From the IMG/VR virus record IMGVR_UViG_3300026549_000036: a DNA stretch of 64,000 nt; one strand, given 5' to 3'. The DNA is from a virus (taxonomy: Duplodnaviria > Caudoviricetes). The notes beneath the pieces are model-generated. The model did not search any database. It was not told the origin of the DNA and saw only the letters and a program-made list of their open reading frames with translations. Made by a program: the position numbers and the translations under genes. Shown one piece after another: positions 21,461 through 33,570 of this stretch. Within the stretch, counting starts at the first letter, position 1. The number at the start of each line of letters is the position of its first letter.

Positions 21461-22980
21461 ATGGACATTTCCAAAATCAAAGAAATTTGCGACAAGCTCC
21501 CGCCGGTTGAACCGCTCCCGCTCAAATATGGCGAACCAAAATCCCAGTTCATTCGTGAACTCGCAAAGAAGCACAACATTCCGCTTGTTGATGCGGCAGA
21601 TTTTGGTAACATTGAACCTGTTGTGATTGACGAAAACGCAAAGAAGGTTGATTTTGACACTACTGCGTTCTTCTCTAACCAAAATCTTGTTCTGTTTTTT
21701 GATGAAATGTACATTAACGGAATTACTGGTGAAACCTTTTTCAATGGGGAGAATAACTAATGTCTTGTAGAACAGTTATGGCAAGCTTTGCAAAAGGAAA
21801 TAATCTTGAAGAACGAATTGCCGAAAATATGGCTCGTCTCGGTGGCTCTCACGAATTTTGGGAAAGAAGATTAACCCACGGTTGGGATGCTCTTGAAACT
21901 AAACTTAAAGAACTGCATGCCAATGGTTTGAATGACGAACAAATTATTTCAAATATAGTTGAATCTTGGGGTGGCAAGGAACTGGCAAAGGATTTTAATA
22001 AACTAATGAAAGGAGAAAACTAATGAATAAAATTGAAGGTATTCTTTTCGCTATTATCGCAGTTCTGTTTATCGCAGGCGGAACTTGGCTCGTTCACTAT
22101 AACCATACTGTGGTAGAACAGGAAAAGCAGTTGATTGCTGAATACGAAGCACAGAAGGAACTAATTAAGGAAATTGAGCGACCCGACCAATGTGATGACA
22201 TTACGGCACGAATGGCATGGTCAGACATCCACATTAACAAGCAGTATAAGAACTGTTGGTGGGATACGTTTGATTACAGAGGTTCTGTTGAAACCCGAAC
22301 CAGCTTTATGTGGATTGTTTGCCCCAATGAAGTTGATATGCCTGACTCACTCAAATCATACAAGTTAAACAGAGTGTTTAAGAAGAAGGACTATATTTAC
22401 GAATTTGAATGTAAGTGGATTGACTACGCAAAGGTTAAGGAACACTAATGCAAAAGCAGATTTTAAAGAAAGCAAAGAACGAACTAAAAACGGCCTGGAG
22501 ACACGCTATGGAAGATGCGGTTTTCTATAAGGCATCTGAATACTCTGGTTGGTCTGCTTATGGAGATACTTATTCCCCGAAATGTAGATTTCAGTCTCCT
22601 GACACTATCGGTGATTACAGAAAATGAGAATTTACACTGACTATAACCCGAACACTCGGAATGCGGAACTGTTGTTTGGTTTGGAATATGACGAAAAGGT
22701 AGATAAGTTCTATATTGCGTATGTTTACATACCTAAGCCATCTGGAAATTATCCGCCAACTGCTGAAGATGAAGAAAAAATCTTTATGAGTTATTTGGAT
22801 TTTGATTTTTATAAGTGGCGCCTCACCAAGGACCCAAACGCAATTTATAAAATGGTTTTTCCGAACTGGGAAGGCAATTTTAAAGCGAACAAACATCGTA
22901 TTTGTTTGGATTTCTGCGGCTATGTTTCTAAAATGGTTGGTGCGTGGATGAGAGAAAGAAACATGACTGATGATTTCTAG
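21461..22980 (+). other. Operon of small early hypothetical genes (21461, 21760, 22023, 22448, 22624)
   Basis: Coupled ORFs; 22023 has an N-terminal TM; 22624 ends TDDF. Confidence 0.7.
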
Positions 22981-23021
22981 TCTTTGTAAAATAAATTTTA
23001 CATAAAAATGTTGTATTTTCA

Positions 23022-23050
23022 TTGACAAACTGTATAATTATTTCTATATT
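23022..23050 (+). promoter_or_regulatory. Early promoter
   Basis: TTGACA-17-TATATT. Confidence 0.8.
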
Positions 23051-23256
23051 ATATGGTGTAAAAGAGAGGTACAATATGACATACTGGTTTGTAAATGTTG
23101 ATGGTAAGTGGTCTAAACCATTCACTTACTATCCTGTCGCAAAATACAATTCAACAAAGAAAGCCGTAAAGATATACGAAGTTAATTTGGACGAACTGCC
23201 GAAGAAAACTCTCGTATGGAAGGCAAATGTTTAACCACCAATAAGGAGATACAACA

Positions 23257-23493
23257 ATGAAAGACTTTTGGAAAGAAGTAGCATTTTCTACATTCATTGT
23301 GCTAATGGCTCTACTTATGGGTGTTTGCCTGGCTATTACTCTCGTTCAGCATGGTTACATTCCGGTAAATACTCCGTCGGGTTCTTCGTCTGACATTACG
23401 GAAGTATCTAGTTCTTCAGTAACGGAAGTTTCTAGTTCTTCTGTTGAAAAGAAGATTGTAATGCCGGAACGTTGCTCTAATGAAAGTGCTTAA
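23257..23493 (+). CDS. Small membrane protein with a poly-Ser linker repeat
   Basis: TM helix plus TEVSSSSV x2 (24-bp tandem repeat). Confidence 0.7.
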   Translation: MKDFWKEVAFSTFIVLMALLMGVCLAITLVQHGYIPVNTPSGSSSDITEVSSSSVTEVSSSSVEKKIVMPERCSNESA

Positions 23494-23706
23494 ATGGCTT
23501 GGTTAGATGTTGTGAACTCTCCTGTATTTAAGGGTTGTAAGGGTAGCACCGTTGAACACGAAATTTATCACGCAACTGACATTCAGATTTTCTGTGAAAC
23601 TCCACGAAAGATTACAGAAAACATTAAGCAGTTCAAACGATATAATGTTGTTATAAAGAATAACCAAATGTATATCACTTATACTTGTAATTGGGAGGAC
23701 TAAATA

Positions 23707-24078
23707 ATGGAACACATTATTATCTTTTTCGGTCTTATTACATTTATAACAATGATTCTCGGTGCCATCAATGCGCTGGTATGGAAAAACGAAAATGCCG
23801 ATTCTATCCTGGATGCTATCGTTCATATTTGTGCTGGCATTACTGGTGGATTTGCTCTTTGTCTTTTGGGCGGGCAAAATCACATTCTAAATGAACACGA
23901 ATACAGAGAATACAAAGAACTGAAAAAGCAGTATATGGCTTCGCCTAATTTGTTCAATGCAAACAACCAAACATGCTGGAACATTAACGGTGCCAAGCAT
24001 TGTGGGGATTTCACTTACGAAGATAACAAAACCAAAATTGAAGTCAAGAATGGCTCAACTAACATCACTGTAAAGTAA
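23707..24078 (+). CDS. Two-TM membrane protein
   Basis: Two hydrophobic helices; GGAGG RBS. Confidence 0.7.
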   Translation: MEHIIIFFGLITFITMILGAINALVWKNENADSILDAIVHICAGITGGFALCLLGGQNHILNEHEYREYKELKKQYMASPNLFNANNQTCWNINGAKHCGDFTYEDNKTKIEVKNGSTNITVK

Positions 24079-24270
24079 GGAGAAAACTATGACTGATTTA
24101 AAAAATAGGCGTAAAGAAATTAAAGAAGTTAAACAGAAAATGGACCGATTTGTCCTGAATTTGGATAGCACAATTCGGCTAATGCAGAAAGCAAAGGTAA
24201 AATTACTTTTACAAAAATTTAAGATTGGAGAAAAGTAAACAAAAATTTACCAGATTTTTACGAATACTCA

Positions 24271-24299
24271 TTGACAAAATGGGTATTTTTTTCTATATT
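24271..24299 (+). promoter_or_regulatory. Early promoter within a hairpin
   Basis: TTGACA-17-TATATT; inverted repeat AATACTCATT/AATGGGTATT. Confidence 0.8.
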
Positions 24300-24590
24300 A
24301 TACTTAGAAACAAAAGAGAGGTAACCAATGAACAGAAAAATCACAGCAGAAAATCTTAAAAATTTGAATGACGGCGAAACGATTGAAACCCCGCGTGGAA
24401 CTTTTAAGATTGAACGATTCCGCTACCAGATTAACCTTTACAAAAATGGTGAATTGGCTAGCTGCGATTATTTGAGCGAATACATGACTAATGATGGTCA
24501 TGTAGCAGCTTGGGAACGTCTGTATAATCACCGAGCAAAGTGGCTCAACTGGGAACTTGGTTACTAATAAACTAAAAGAGAGGTACAACT

Positions 24591-24797
24591 ATGGCAAACA
24601 AGAAAAAGAAAAATTCCGCAAAAGAAAACGAACGTATGCGTAAAGAACGCATCGCTGGCTCTGACAATGGTCGCACTATGCGTACCCGCGTAGTGAAGGA
24701 CAAGAAGAAGTACACCCGTAAAACCAAGCACAAGGAATTCACTCAGGAAGATGCTGATGAATGTGTGCGAAAGATTTTTAAAACTTTGAAAATGTAA
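24591..24797 (+). CDS. Small basic protein, ArfA-like
   Basis: RTRVVKDKKKYTRKTKH resembles the ArfA core [20 protein letters not shown]. Confidence 0.5.
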   Translation: MANKKKKNSAKENERMRKERIAGSDNGRTMRTRVVKDKKKYTRKTKHKEFTQEDADECVRKIFKTLKM

Positions 24798-24807
24798 GGA
24801 GTGAACT

Positions 24808-25080
24808 ATGGAACCGATTTTTGATGTCAATACTTATATTGCTATTGATCAGTGGGGAACTTTAATTACTGGAGTTTCTGTTATTTTGATTTTTGCTTTT
24901 TTCCTTGTGCGTTTCGTTCCAGTTCTAATTTATTACAAAATCAAGGATTGGATTGATGACTATAAGCGACACAAGAAGTGGAAGGAAAACATTGAAAATT
25001 CTCCGAATGTGTTTGAAGAATTTACAAAGAAGCCCAAAACAGAAAAAGAACGACTGAAGGATATGAAGGAGGATTTTTAA
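24808..25080 (+). CDS. Membrane-anchored DF-tail protein
   Basis: TM helix; ends ERLKDMKEDF. Confidence 0.75.
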   Translation: MEPIFDVNTYIAIDQWGTLITGVSVILIFAFFLVRFVPVLIYYKIKDWIDDYKRHKKWKENIENSPNVFEEFTKKPKTEKERLKDMKEDF

Positions 25081-25346
25081 ATGCCAAGATACGATTTTGC
25101 CCACCCTCAATTTAATCAGGGATTTGTAACATACCCAGTCAAAGAAGAACCACTTTTTGAAAAGTTCTGTAAATTGGCTCACCGCTATCGTGTGAATGTA
25201 ATCAAGTCGCAGATGGTCATCACTACAAAGGACTATACGGCAAAGGTCTTTAATCGTTTTTCTTACATTGAAATCCGTAAGGATTGTAAGTCAATTATTC
25301 TCAAAAACGAAGAACAAATTAAGCAGTATTTGGAAGGATTGCGTGA

Positions 25347-28300
25347 ATGAATGATTTAGTGGATTTATCAACACTATTTTTCAAACTGGTAGAAGATTAT
25401 CATTTGGAACTTCATTATTCCAAAGAAGCTAATTTGTATTCAACCCGTATTCCTGGAGACCAAAATCAGTTTGTAACACTCGCAGGTAGTTTGTTGAGTT
25501 TCGGTTATCTATTTGGAACTGAACCATATCTTATGGTAGCACAAACAATTTCAAGGAAAAATTTCTACACGAATAATTTGGTATATAAAATAAATTCCGA
25601 TGGTTTGGAAAAGGCTCTCCGAATGTATATTGAAGTTGTTATGCGAAGGTATGAAAAGCTGATGAAGAAATTGAAATCAGAATACGAACAAAGTAGATTA
25701 GATAAAATTCAAGAGGATTTTTAATGGCTTGGGAATTGAAAAATAAAAAATTATCCAAAAGATTACACGAATTAGGACTGGTAGATGATGAAATGGGCTA
25801 CTGGTTCTATCCTCCATACAGCAATGCTTTTTGGGTAATTTCTTCTTATGGCGACTGTATTTCTTTGGTTGGTGGATTTACTTATGACAATGGCAGAATT
25901 ATTGATGTTGGCTTATCTGCCAAATATAATGTAGATGACGAAGATTTGATTATTAAACAAGTTAAAAAGATAATTTACGATTTTCAAAACTGTATGCTAC
26001 TATATAAGCAAGAAAAGGAACAGAAACGATTAGAAAAATTGAAGAAGGATTTTTAATGTATTCGCCAAAAATTACAAGCGACAGTTTGAGAAAGAAATTT
26101 CTAGACTTAGGTCTTCGTGAAGATGACGGTGGTTATTGGTATTATGACCCATTCAATAATAACGATTGGATGATTGCTTCGTATGAAGACGAAATAAGAA
26201 TTTCAACAAAAGTTACAGTTGATAAAAATGGCGAAGGTTATTTTGAAGTACTTGGTAATACATTAAATTGTGTAGATGATGAAGAAAAGATTTTAGAACA
26301 AGTTAATAAACTATTGAACCAAGTTAAGAGAATGGATCTGACGAAAAAGAAAAAGAAAATGAGAATGCGAATGAATAAACTTAAAAAGGATTTCCAATGA
26401 ATTCGGAAATGAAACGAATTATAGAATATGCCAGCACATTGGGGATTGTAAAACTTCCTTCGCCTAGTTTTTCTTATGGTGAGAAAGGTACTTATTATGG
26501 TTTGCCTGAATTGGTTGAAACTGCGTGGATAATTAGAGTTTATGATAATGAAAAAGAAATGAACATCGTTAAAGGTGCCTATATCAACGGTGACAATGAA
26601 GTTATGACTGGACAAGCAGTTGATTACACAACATTAAATTATAAGTTTCATTTAAAAAGGCTTGTTAATAAAATCCGAAAATTGGAATTGGATGTTAAAA
26701 AACTAAAAGAAGACGCACGAATTGAAAAAATGGAGAAAGACTTCAATGACTAAAAAAGAATTTCTACACATTTGTAAGAAATATAATCTTGTTACGAGGC
26801 AAGAGAAAGCTTGGGAAGGTAGCATTTATATTTCTGCTTATATCCCAGGAATGGTTTATGAACCTGAAGATACAGATAATGACAGTTTAGCAGTCTTTGA
26901 ATCAGAATCGTGGGATGACGATTTCGGAAAGGTAAAAATGTATGGTGGTTTAGATACTGAGTATAATGCGGTAAAACACATTACAACATACAGCTATGAA
27001 AATCACCGCACTGTAGATACTAGGGATCCGACTCAATTTGAACAAATTGTAGCTGGTATAATGCAGCGTTATAACACTATGAAATTGTTGGATAAGAAAG
27101 AAAACGAAAGAAATAAACTTATTAAATTACAAACGGACTTTGAATGACATACAGAGAGTATATTAGACTGACCGAAAATTTTGGTCTTGAAAGAAAACAC
27201 GCCTGTTGCTATTATATGGGTCACTGGGTTTGTATCTTTTGGTTTGATAATTCAAGTGCTATAATGGATTCTGAAGAATTGCTAAATCATACTGGCATTG
27301 TCAAAATGGTAGATGACAGTGAGATTGTAAATGAAAGCACAGATAAAGAACAAATTAAAGATTTCATAATTAAACGAATGGAAGAAATTAAAGCTATTAA
27401 GGTTAATAAAAAACTAAAAACTATGGAGAAGGATTTTGAGTAAATTAAAAGAACAATTTTTAGAAGTACTGAAAAACGAACCTCGTGTTACAATTCAAGA
27501 AGAAAGTGACAAAATAACAGTAGCTTTCATTAAAGGATTTGAAGAAGACGGAGGTTGGTGTTGTTATGATGAAGAAGATAACGAAATCCGAATTAACGGA
27601 GAAATCGGTATAAAAACAAATTATAAAGATGTTTGGATAAACAGCGATTACTCTTTTGATGGGTGTATAATTATTAAATCTATTAAAACCTTTAAGAAGT
27701 ATCTAAAATTTGCTTTGGGTGTTGCTGCGATTTATGAACAAGCTATCAAACAAATTAAGAACCTTCAACGATTGGATAAAATGGAAGATGACTTTTAATG
27801 AATTTTACAGTTTATATAAAGAAAGGGAAACTAAATACACTAAAATAATGGTTGAATCCATTTATAAGTTAGGACCGAGTACTTGGTGTTCAGACATTAA
27901 GACAAAGAAACTTGTTAGGATAAATTGGTCTGATAGTCAGATTAAATTTACCGAAATTTCTCTAGCCGAAGAAATGGAAAGGCGTAACCAGTATAAACTG
28001 TTAAATAAAATGTTCAAAGCACAAGAGAAACTGGAGCAAATGAACGATGATTTTCAATAACTTATCTGATATTCAAAGAACAGCAAAAGATTATGGTTTT
28101 GAACTTGAGAAGGGTTATGCGTCCGACATTATTTCCTATTATGTGAAATACGAACGTTATTCAGTCGCACACGTATGGATGCATAATAGACTGCAACAGT
28201 TCAAAATTCATTATGACGAACCAGTTAAAAGCTTTGAATACATTGAATGGTGTGATAAAGACAGATTTGAAGAATTTTTAAGGGTTGTCATACAACAGAA

Positions 28301-29165
28301 AAAGAAAGAAAAACTACAAAAGAAACTAGCCGAAATTAAAAAGGATTTTAGATGAACGAAAATCATTTTGCCAAATTAGCAAAGAAGTCGCCTTATTACT
28401 TCTATATTATGGAAACCCATTCAGGTGGTGGTTGGGTAAGGAATGAAAATGGAACTCCTTGGTTAGATGAATTCGGGAAAACTCATTTTATTCCTTCTAA
28501 AAAGCATTATATTGTTAGAGCTTATGTTGATGTGAATAAAAGACATTATAAAAAACTAGAAAATCACGGTGGTGGTTCAATTTATTTTACTTTTAATTTG
28601 GAAGAAGACTCAAAAATTAAAATGAACATTTATAGTTACTGTGATGAAGTTCATAAAATTACAAATGGTTTTTTGGGCTTGGAAAAATACATTTCTTATG
28701 GCGAATATAAAAAGATTTGTAAGAACGGACTTAGTGTTTCAAAGAAACAGTTAGATGAATGGTGTGCTGAACATATTAAAATTAACAAAGAAAAAGCAGA
28801 AGCATACAAACTAAAGAAAATGAATGAGGACTTTGATGGAGAAGATTAATTTACAGAAAATCTGCGATGAATGTGGGCTAATTTATCAGAAAGATAGTTC
28901 TAATATAGAAACTGGTTATTATAATGGGAAAGTAATTTTTCAGTTTGACCCAGGCCAGGTTGTGAGTACTTATAAGAACAATATAATATGTTTATCATCT
29001 GCTGCTATGAGTAAATATGGTTTAGATTTCGTTTATCCAAAACAAATTTACAATGATGATTACAATTATAATTTTTTGAAAAAGTCAATTACAGAAGCTA
29101 TTATTAAATACAAAGAGTTAATACTAGAAGATAAAAAACAGAAATTACACCAAGATTTTGAGTAA
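25347..29165 (+). other. Tandem array of 11 coupled DF-tail genes (25347, 25724, 26056, 26397, 26746, 27144, 27436, 27788, 28047, 28352, 28836)
   Basis: Every ORF ends in a Lys-rich helix plus xDF, with up to 4 extra residues. Confidence 0.85.
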
Positions 29166-29203
29166 TTGTAAAGAAAATTTTACATAAAAATGCAGTTTGT
29201 CTA

Positions 29204-29232
29204 TTGACAGACTGCTATTATTTTTCTATATT
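29204..29232 (+). promoter_or_regulatory. Early promoter within a hairpin
   Basis: TTGACA-17-TATATT; inverted repeat GCAGTTTGTC/GACAGACTGC. Confidence 0.8.
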
Positions 29233-29787
29233 ATATAGTGTAAAAGAGAGGTAACAGAATGAACGATTGTGTAAAAACTTCTATTAACGATTTGATTGTT
29301 GAATCCAAACTGAAGCCTTGTGGCTGGCTTGACGATTTCACCTATGTTTTCGGAAAGGACAATTATACTGCTCCTGAAGAAATGAAGGATGGTGTGCGAA
29401 TTAAGCCGGTTGATTGGCACGTTTACGAAGTGAATGACATTATCGGTGGTCGCATTTTTGAAACTGAATTTTTGATGTTTGAAGAAATTTTGGAAAGATA
29501 CGGGAGAGAAAATTAATGGCTGTTACTCAGGAACAATATAAGAAAATTCTTAATGGCGAAATTGAAAGCTGGACGCTTATGTGTAACAGTCGCAGTGATT
29601 GTCCGCATCTGAATGTTCACTACACAGAAGATTTTGTGAACCAGGACGAAGCAGAACAGTCGTTTTATAATTTGCGAAACAAATACATAACATCGGCAAC
29701 CAGAGTAATTGAAACTGAAGATGTTCCGTTTGCTCTCGTTACGAATGAAGTAATTTTAACATTGGTTTATAATGGCAGGTTATTAAT

Positions 29788-30939
29788 ATGATTTTACCTT
29801 CTTTACAAGAATTTTTAAATGCTGAAAAATTGGGCAGAGTATCTGCTCACAGACAGAATGGTTTGGTTGGTTTCAAATACACGAATGAAACCATCTACGC
29901 TCAGGACTGGGACATTGTAACCTTAAATGCCCGTGGTATTGCGTTCAACGAAAAGACCGGTGAAGTTTATGCTCGTCCGTTTAAGAAATTCTTTAACTAC
30001 CAGGAATTTTTCACTGACGAAGGCGAACATTCTGCTTTATACGAATTGTTACCAGCTGAATGGAAACCGAACATTACTGGTCATGCTCGTTATATGGAAA
30101 AAGTTGATGGTTCTCTCGGCATTGTTTTCTATAACTGGCTTACAGAAAAGTGGCAAGTGAAAACAGGTGGTTCGTTTGATTCCGAACAAGCTATCTGGGC
30201 ACAGAAATGGTTTGACGAAAACATCTCTACGTTATTTTTGATACAGAACAGAACTTATTTGTTTGAAATTATCTCTGATGAGGACATTCATCCCATTCAT
30301 TATGATTTTGAAGGAATGGTTTTGTTATCTGTAATCTCAAATGTAACTGGTGAAGAATACACACTTTCTGTAATCAAAGAAACTGCGGAATTGTTGAAAT
30401 GCCGAATGGCTCAAATTTACGATTTCTCAGATTTCAATGAGGCGGTTGCGTGGGCAAAGAAATTGCCAAAGACCCAGGAAGGTTTGGTTATTACATTTGA
30501 CAATGGTTTCAAGTGTAAGGCTAAATCTGATGATTGGTGTCAGTTGGCGAAAATGTTTGAAGGAATGACAAAATGGAACATTTGGGTCTGCTACGATGTT
30601 GAAAGGGACTTCTTTCACGCACACGTGGATAAGCATAATGCTTACAAACCCATAGATGACGAAGTTCTGTTTATTCCTGAAGAACTCGGGGACATCCGTA
30701 AATATGCGGAAACTGTGCGTTCCGAAGTAGAACGATTGACGGAATACTCTATCGTATTGGCTAAAAAGGCCCAGCAAATGACGTGTGAGCGACGTTTGCA
30801 ATACGAATGGGTGAACACTAATCATCCTACTTTAATGCCAGCAATAATGAAGTCCTTGGACTACTTGAATGGTAAAACACAGTATGTGCGAATCCGTCAG
30901 GTATGCCATAAACTCATTAAACCGCAGTCGGAGGAATAA
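29788..30939 (+). CDS. rnlA: RNA ligase 1 (T4 Rnl1 family)
   Basis: ARG...RPFKKFFN, EKVDGSL (motif I), FEI, EGLV and KAK motifs. Confidence 0.9.
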   Translation: MILPSLQEFLNAEKLGRVSAHRQNGLVGFKYTNETIYAQDWDIVTLNARGIAFNEKTGEVYARPFKKFFNYQEFFTDEGEHSALYELLPAEWKPNITGHARYMEKVDGSLGIVFYNWLTEKWQVKTGGSFDSEQAIWAQKWFDENISTLFLIQNRTYLFEIISDEDIHPIHYDFEGMVLLSVISNVTGEEYTLSVIKETAELLKCRMAQIYDFSDFNEAVAWAKKLPKTQEGLVITFDNGFKCKAKSDDWCQLAKMFEGMTKWNIWVCYDVERDFFHAHVDKHNAYKPIDDEVLFIPEELGDIRKYAETVRSEVERLTEYSIVLAKKAQQMTCERRLQYEWVNTNHPTLMPAIMKSLDYLNGKTQYVRIRQVCHKLIKPQSEE

Positions 30940-31076
30940 GATAAGTTTGGGTGAACACAAAATTTGTGATTTACCCATACTAATTTTGTTTAAATTTTCT
31001 ATATTGTTTATTTAACCAATATAAATAGCAGTCAATAACATTTATAAATACATAGAACTGCTAGAATGGAGAAAAA

Positions 31077-31409
31077 ATGATAATAAAATTTAAACAGACT
31101 TATATGGAAAACAAAACTGGTTCCAACTGCTTTGTGTCAGAACAAATCCAGGGAACTGTATCTTCAGTTGTTTATCAAGAAAAAGTCTATGAAGTAGCTG
31201 ATGTAACAAATGAAGATATTATCTTTGATTTGTCCGGCAGACAGTATTTCCTAACTAAAATTTCTAATGTAAAACTCATTATGAAAGATAGTGATGGAAA
31301 ATTGAAAGAATTTGAAATTGGAAAAAACGAAATTTCCCACCGATGGGAAATGAACGGCTCAACTTATGAAAACCTAAAGGAATTATATTATGACCTTTCA
31401 CTTGACTAA
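31077..31409 (+). CDS. Late hypothetical protein
   Basis: TATAAATA at 31020 and 31043; GGAG RBS. Confidence 0.7.
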   Translation: MIIKFKQTYMENKTGSNCFVSEQIQGTVSSVVYQEKVYEVADVTNEDIIFDLSGRQYFLTKISNVKLIMKDSDGKLKEFEIGKNEISHRWEMNGSTYENLKELYYDLSLD

Positions 31410-31485
31410 TGGCGGTTTAAAATAAATGTTTAATGTATAGGGGACACTGTTCGTGTTTCCTATTTTTTAAGGAGAAAGCACAGTT

Positions 31486-31914
31486 ATGACAAAATTGATT
31501 ATCGTTCGCGGTGCGATGGGTTCGGGCAAATCTACCTTCGCAAACAAACTCACTAACAAGCTCATCAGATTTGGTTATAAACCAACTGATATCTGTCATT
31601 TTGAGGCAGACCAGTTCTTTATGGACGAAAACGGAAATTACAATTTCGTTCCAACCAAGTTGTGGCTTGCACACAAACAGTGCTTGGAAAAAACAAAGAA
31701 ATGTTTGTTGCGTGATAAGATTGTGATTGTGGCTAATACTTTCGCAACCAAAAAGGAAATGAAACCTTATATGGATTTTGCGGAAGAAAATGACATCCCA
31801 GTTGAAGTATATCGTTGTACTGGTGAATACCAGAATGTTCACGGTGTTCCTGATGATGTTGTAGCCGCAAAACGCAAACAGATGGAGGACGTGCTCAATG
31901 AGGAATTTGTTTAA
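31486..31914 (+). CDS. P-loop polynucleotide-kinase-like protein (AAA_33)
   Basis: RGAMGSGKST, EADQFF, ANTF and NVHGVP motifs. Confidence 0.85.
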   Translation: MTKLIIVRGAMGSGKSTFANKLTNKLIRFGYKPTDICHFEADQFFMDENGNYNFVPTKLWLAHKQCLEKTKKCLLRDKIVIVANTFATKKEMKPYMDFAEENDIPVEVYRCTGEYQNVHGVPDDVVAAKRKQMEDVLNEEFV

Positions 31915-32448
31915 AATTCTGTTGCTAGGGATTTCCCTAGCTGTTTCTGCGAGTGCAGTAGAAAGGTCAAACACTTTTTTCTTATTGCCCTCGTCAATTC
32001 AGCAACAAATTATTATATTTGAAAATAAGAAGCCAATAAAACCGCGAATGTTCTATATCACCCCAGATGTGTATGGAATTTTTCACGAATACTTCTATGA
32101 TACTAAAACTGAAAAATGTTGGTGGAATAAATACAAACTAACAATTTATTTTTAAGTTGGAAGTATGAACCAATACGAATACCAGTACGAATTAAGAAAA
32201 TTATTACAGTTCCTATACGATGCTATGATTAAGAAAGACGAAACTAGAATAAAGGAATTGAAAGATAAAATAGAATTTTTGTATAGAACACAAGGTTTAA
32301 ATGATGAATAGTTTATAAATATAATGATAAATTCGTGGTAGTCTTTATCATTAAATATAGAGTTTAATAAACCTTAATTAAGGTTAATGCTATACAAGGA
32401 CTACCACAATACTTGTATAGCATTTTTTTCATAATATGTGGTAGTCTT

Positions 32449-33570
32449 ATGAATAAATTTGAAATTATAGATTTAGCTGTAAATGATGCAGAAGTTTTTA
32501 AAACTAAATGCGAAAATAAAGAAATAAGAAATGTAAAAATAAGAATACATTGTATAGAATGTAATAAAATTGTTGAAAAATGGCCTGATGTAAGAAGATT
32601 TCATAATTGGTTTTATTGTCCTAAATGTTCTACTAAATTATATCGTATTAGAACTTGGGGTTCATTAGACAAATATAATGAACACATGAAAAAAGAAAGA
32701 GAAAATACATTAATTGCTAAATATGGTTCACTTAAAAAAGCACAAGAAATAAGATTAGAAAATCAAAGAAAATATAATAGAAAAGTTCATGGATGTGATT
32801 ATTATTTTCAAACAACTGAATTTAAAAATAAATTAGAAAATAAATTAACTGAAATGAATAATGGAATAAAAACAACTAATGTTTCACAAATAAAAGAAAT
32901 TCGTAATAAAATTAAAGAAACAAATAAAGAAAAATATGGCTGTGAAGAATATATGCAAAGTTTAGATTTTAAAAATAAAACTATTGCAACTTCAAAAAGT
33001 AAATATAATACAGATAGTCCAAATTCAGCAAAAATAGTTAAAAAGCATAAAGAAGATTCTGTATTTTTGAAATATGGTGTTACTAATGTTAATCAATTAA
33101 AAGAAGTAAGAGAAAAAATTTATAAAACTTGTATGGAAAGATATGGTAAATTATGGAATACTTATAAATACAAGTACGATAATATAAAATTTGATAGTGG
33201 TTGGGAATTAATTTATTATATTTGGTTAAAAGACCACGATATAAATTTTAAATACCATCCAAAAATAAATTTTGATTACATTGATGAAAATGGTAAAAAT
33301 TCAAAATATGAACCAGATTTTTTAATAGATAACAAATTATATGAAATAAAAGGAGACCATTTCTTCAATGAACAAAAACAATTAATAAATCCATACGATA
33401 AAAATAAACCATTATGTTTAAAAAAACAACAATGTATGATAGACAATGGCGTTAAAATTTTAACAAGTATTGATTTGAAAGATAGTTTTGATTATTTTAA
33501 TACATTAAATTTAAATTTATCTAGTTTTAGAGTGAAAAGAGGAAAAAATGAAAATAACATTATTAAATGA
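32449..33570 (+). mobile_element. Putative homing endonuclease (KYG repeats + C-terminal PD-(D/E)XK domain)
   Basis: KETNKEKYG-type repeats; FDSGWE...YEPDF...YEIKG; late promoter TATAAATA at 32314; adjacent to thyX. Confidence 0.8.

Noticed and set aside
32449-33570. Group I intron around the endonuclease next to thyX
   Set aside because: thyX is complete downstream once the +1 shift is applied, and no intron core or interrupted exon is visible.
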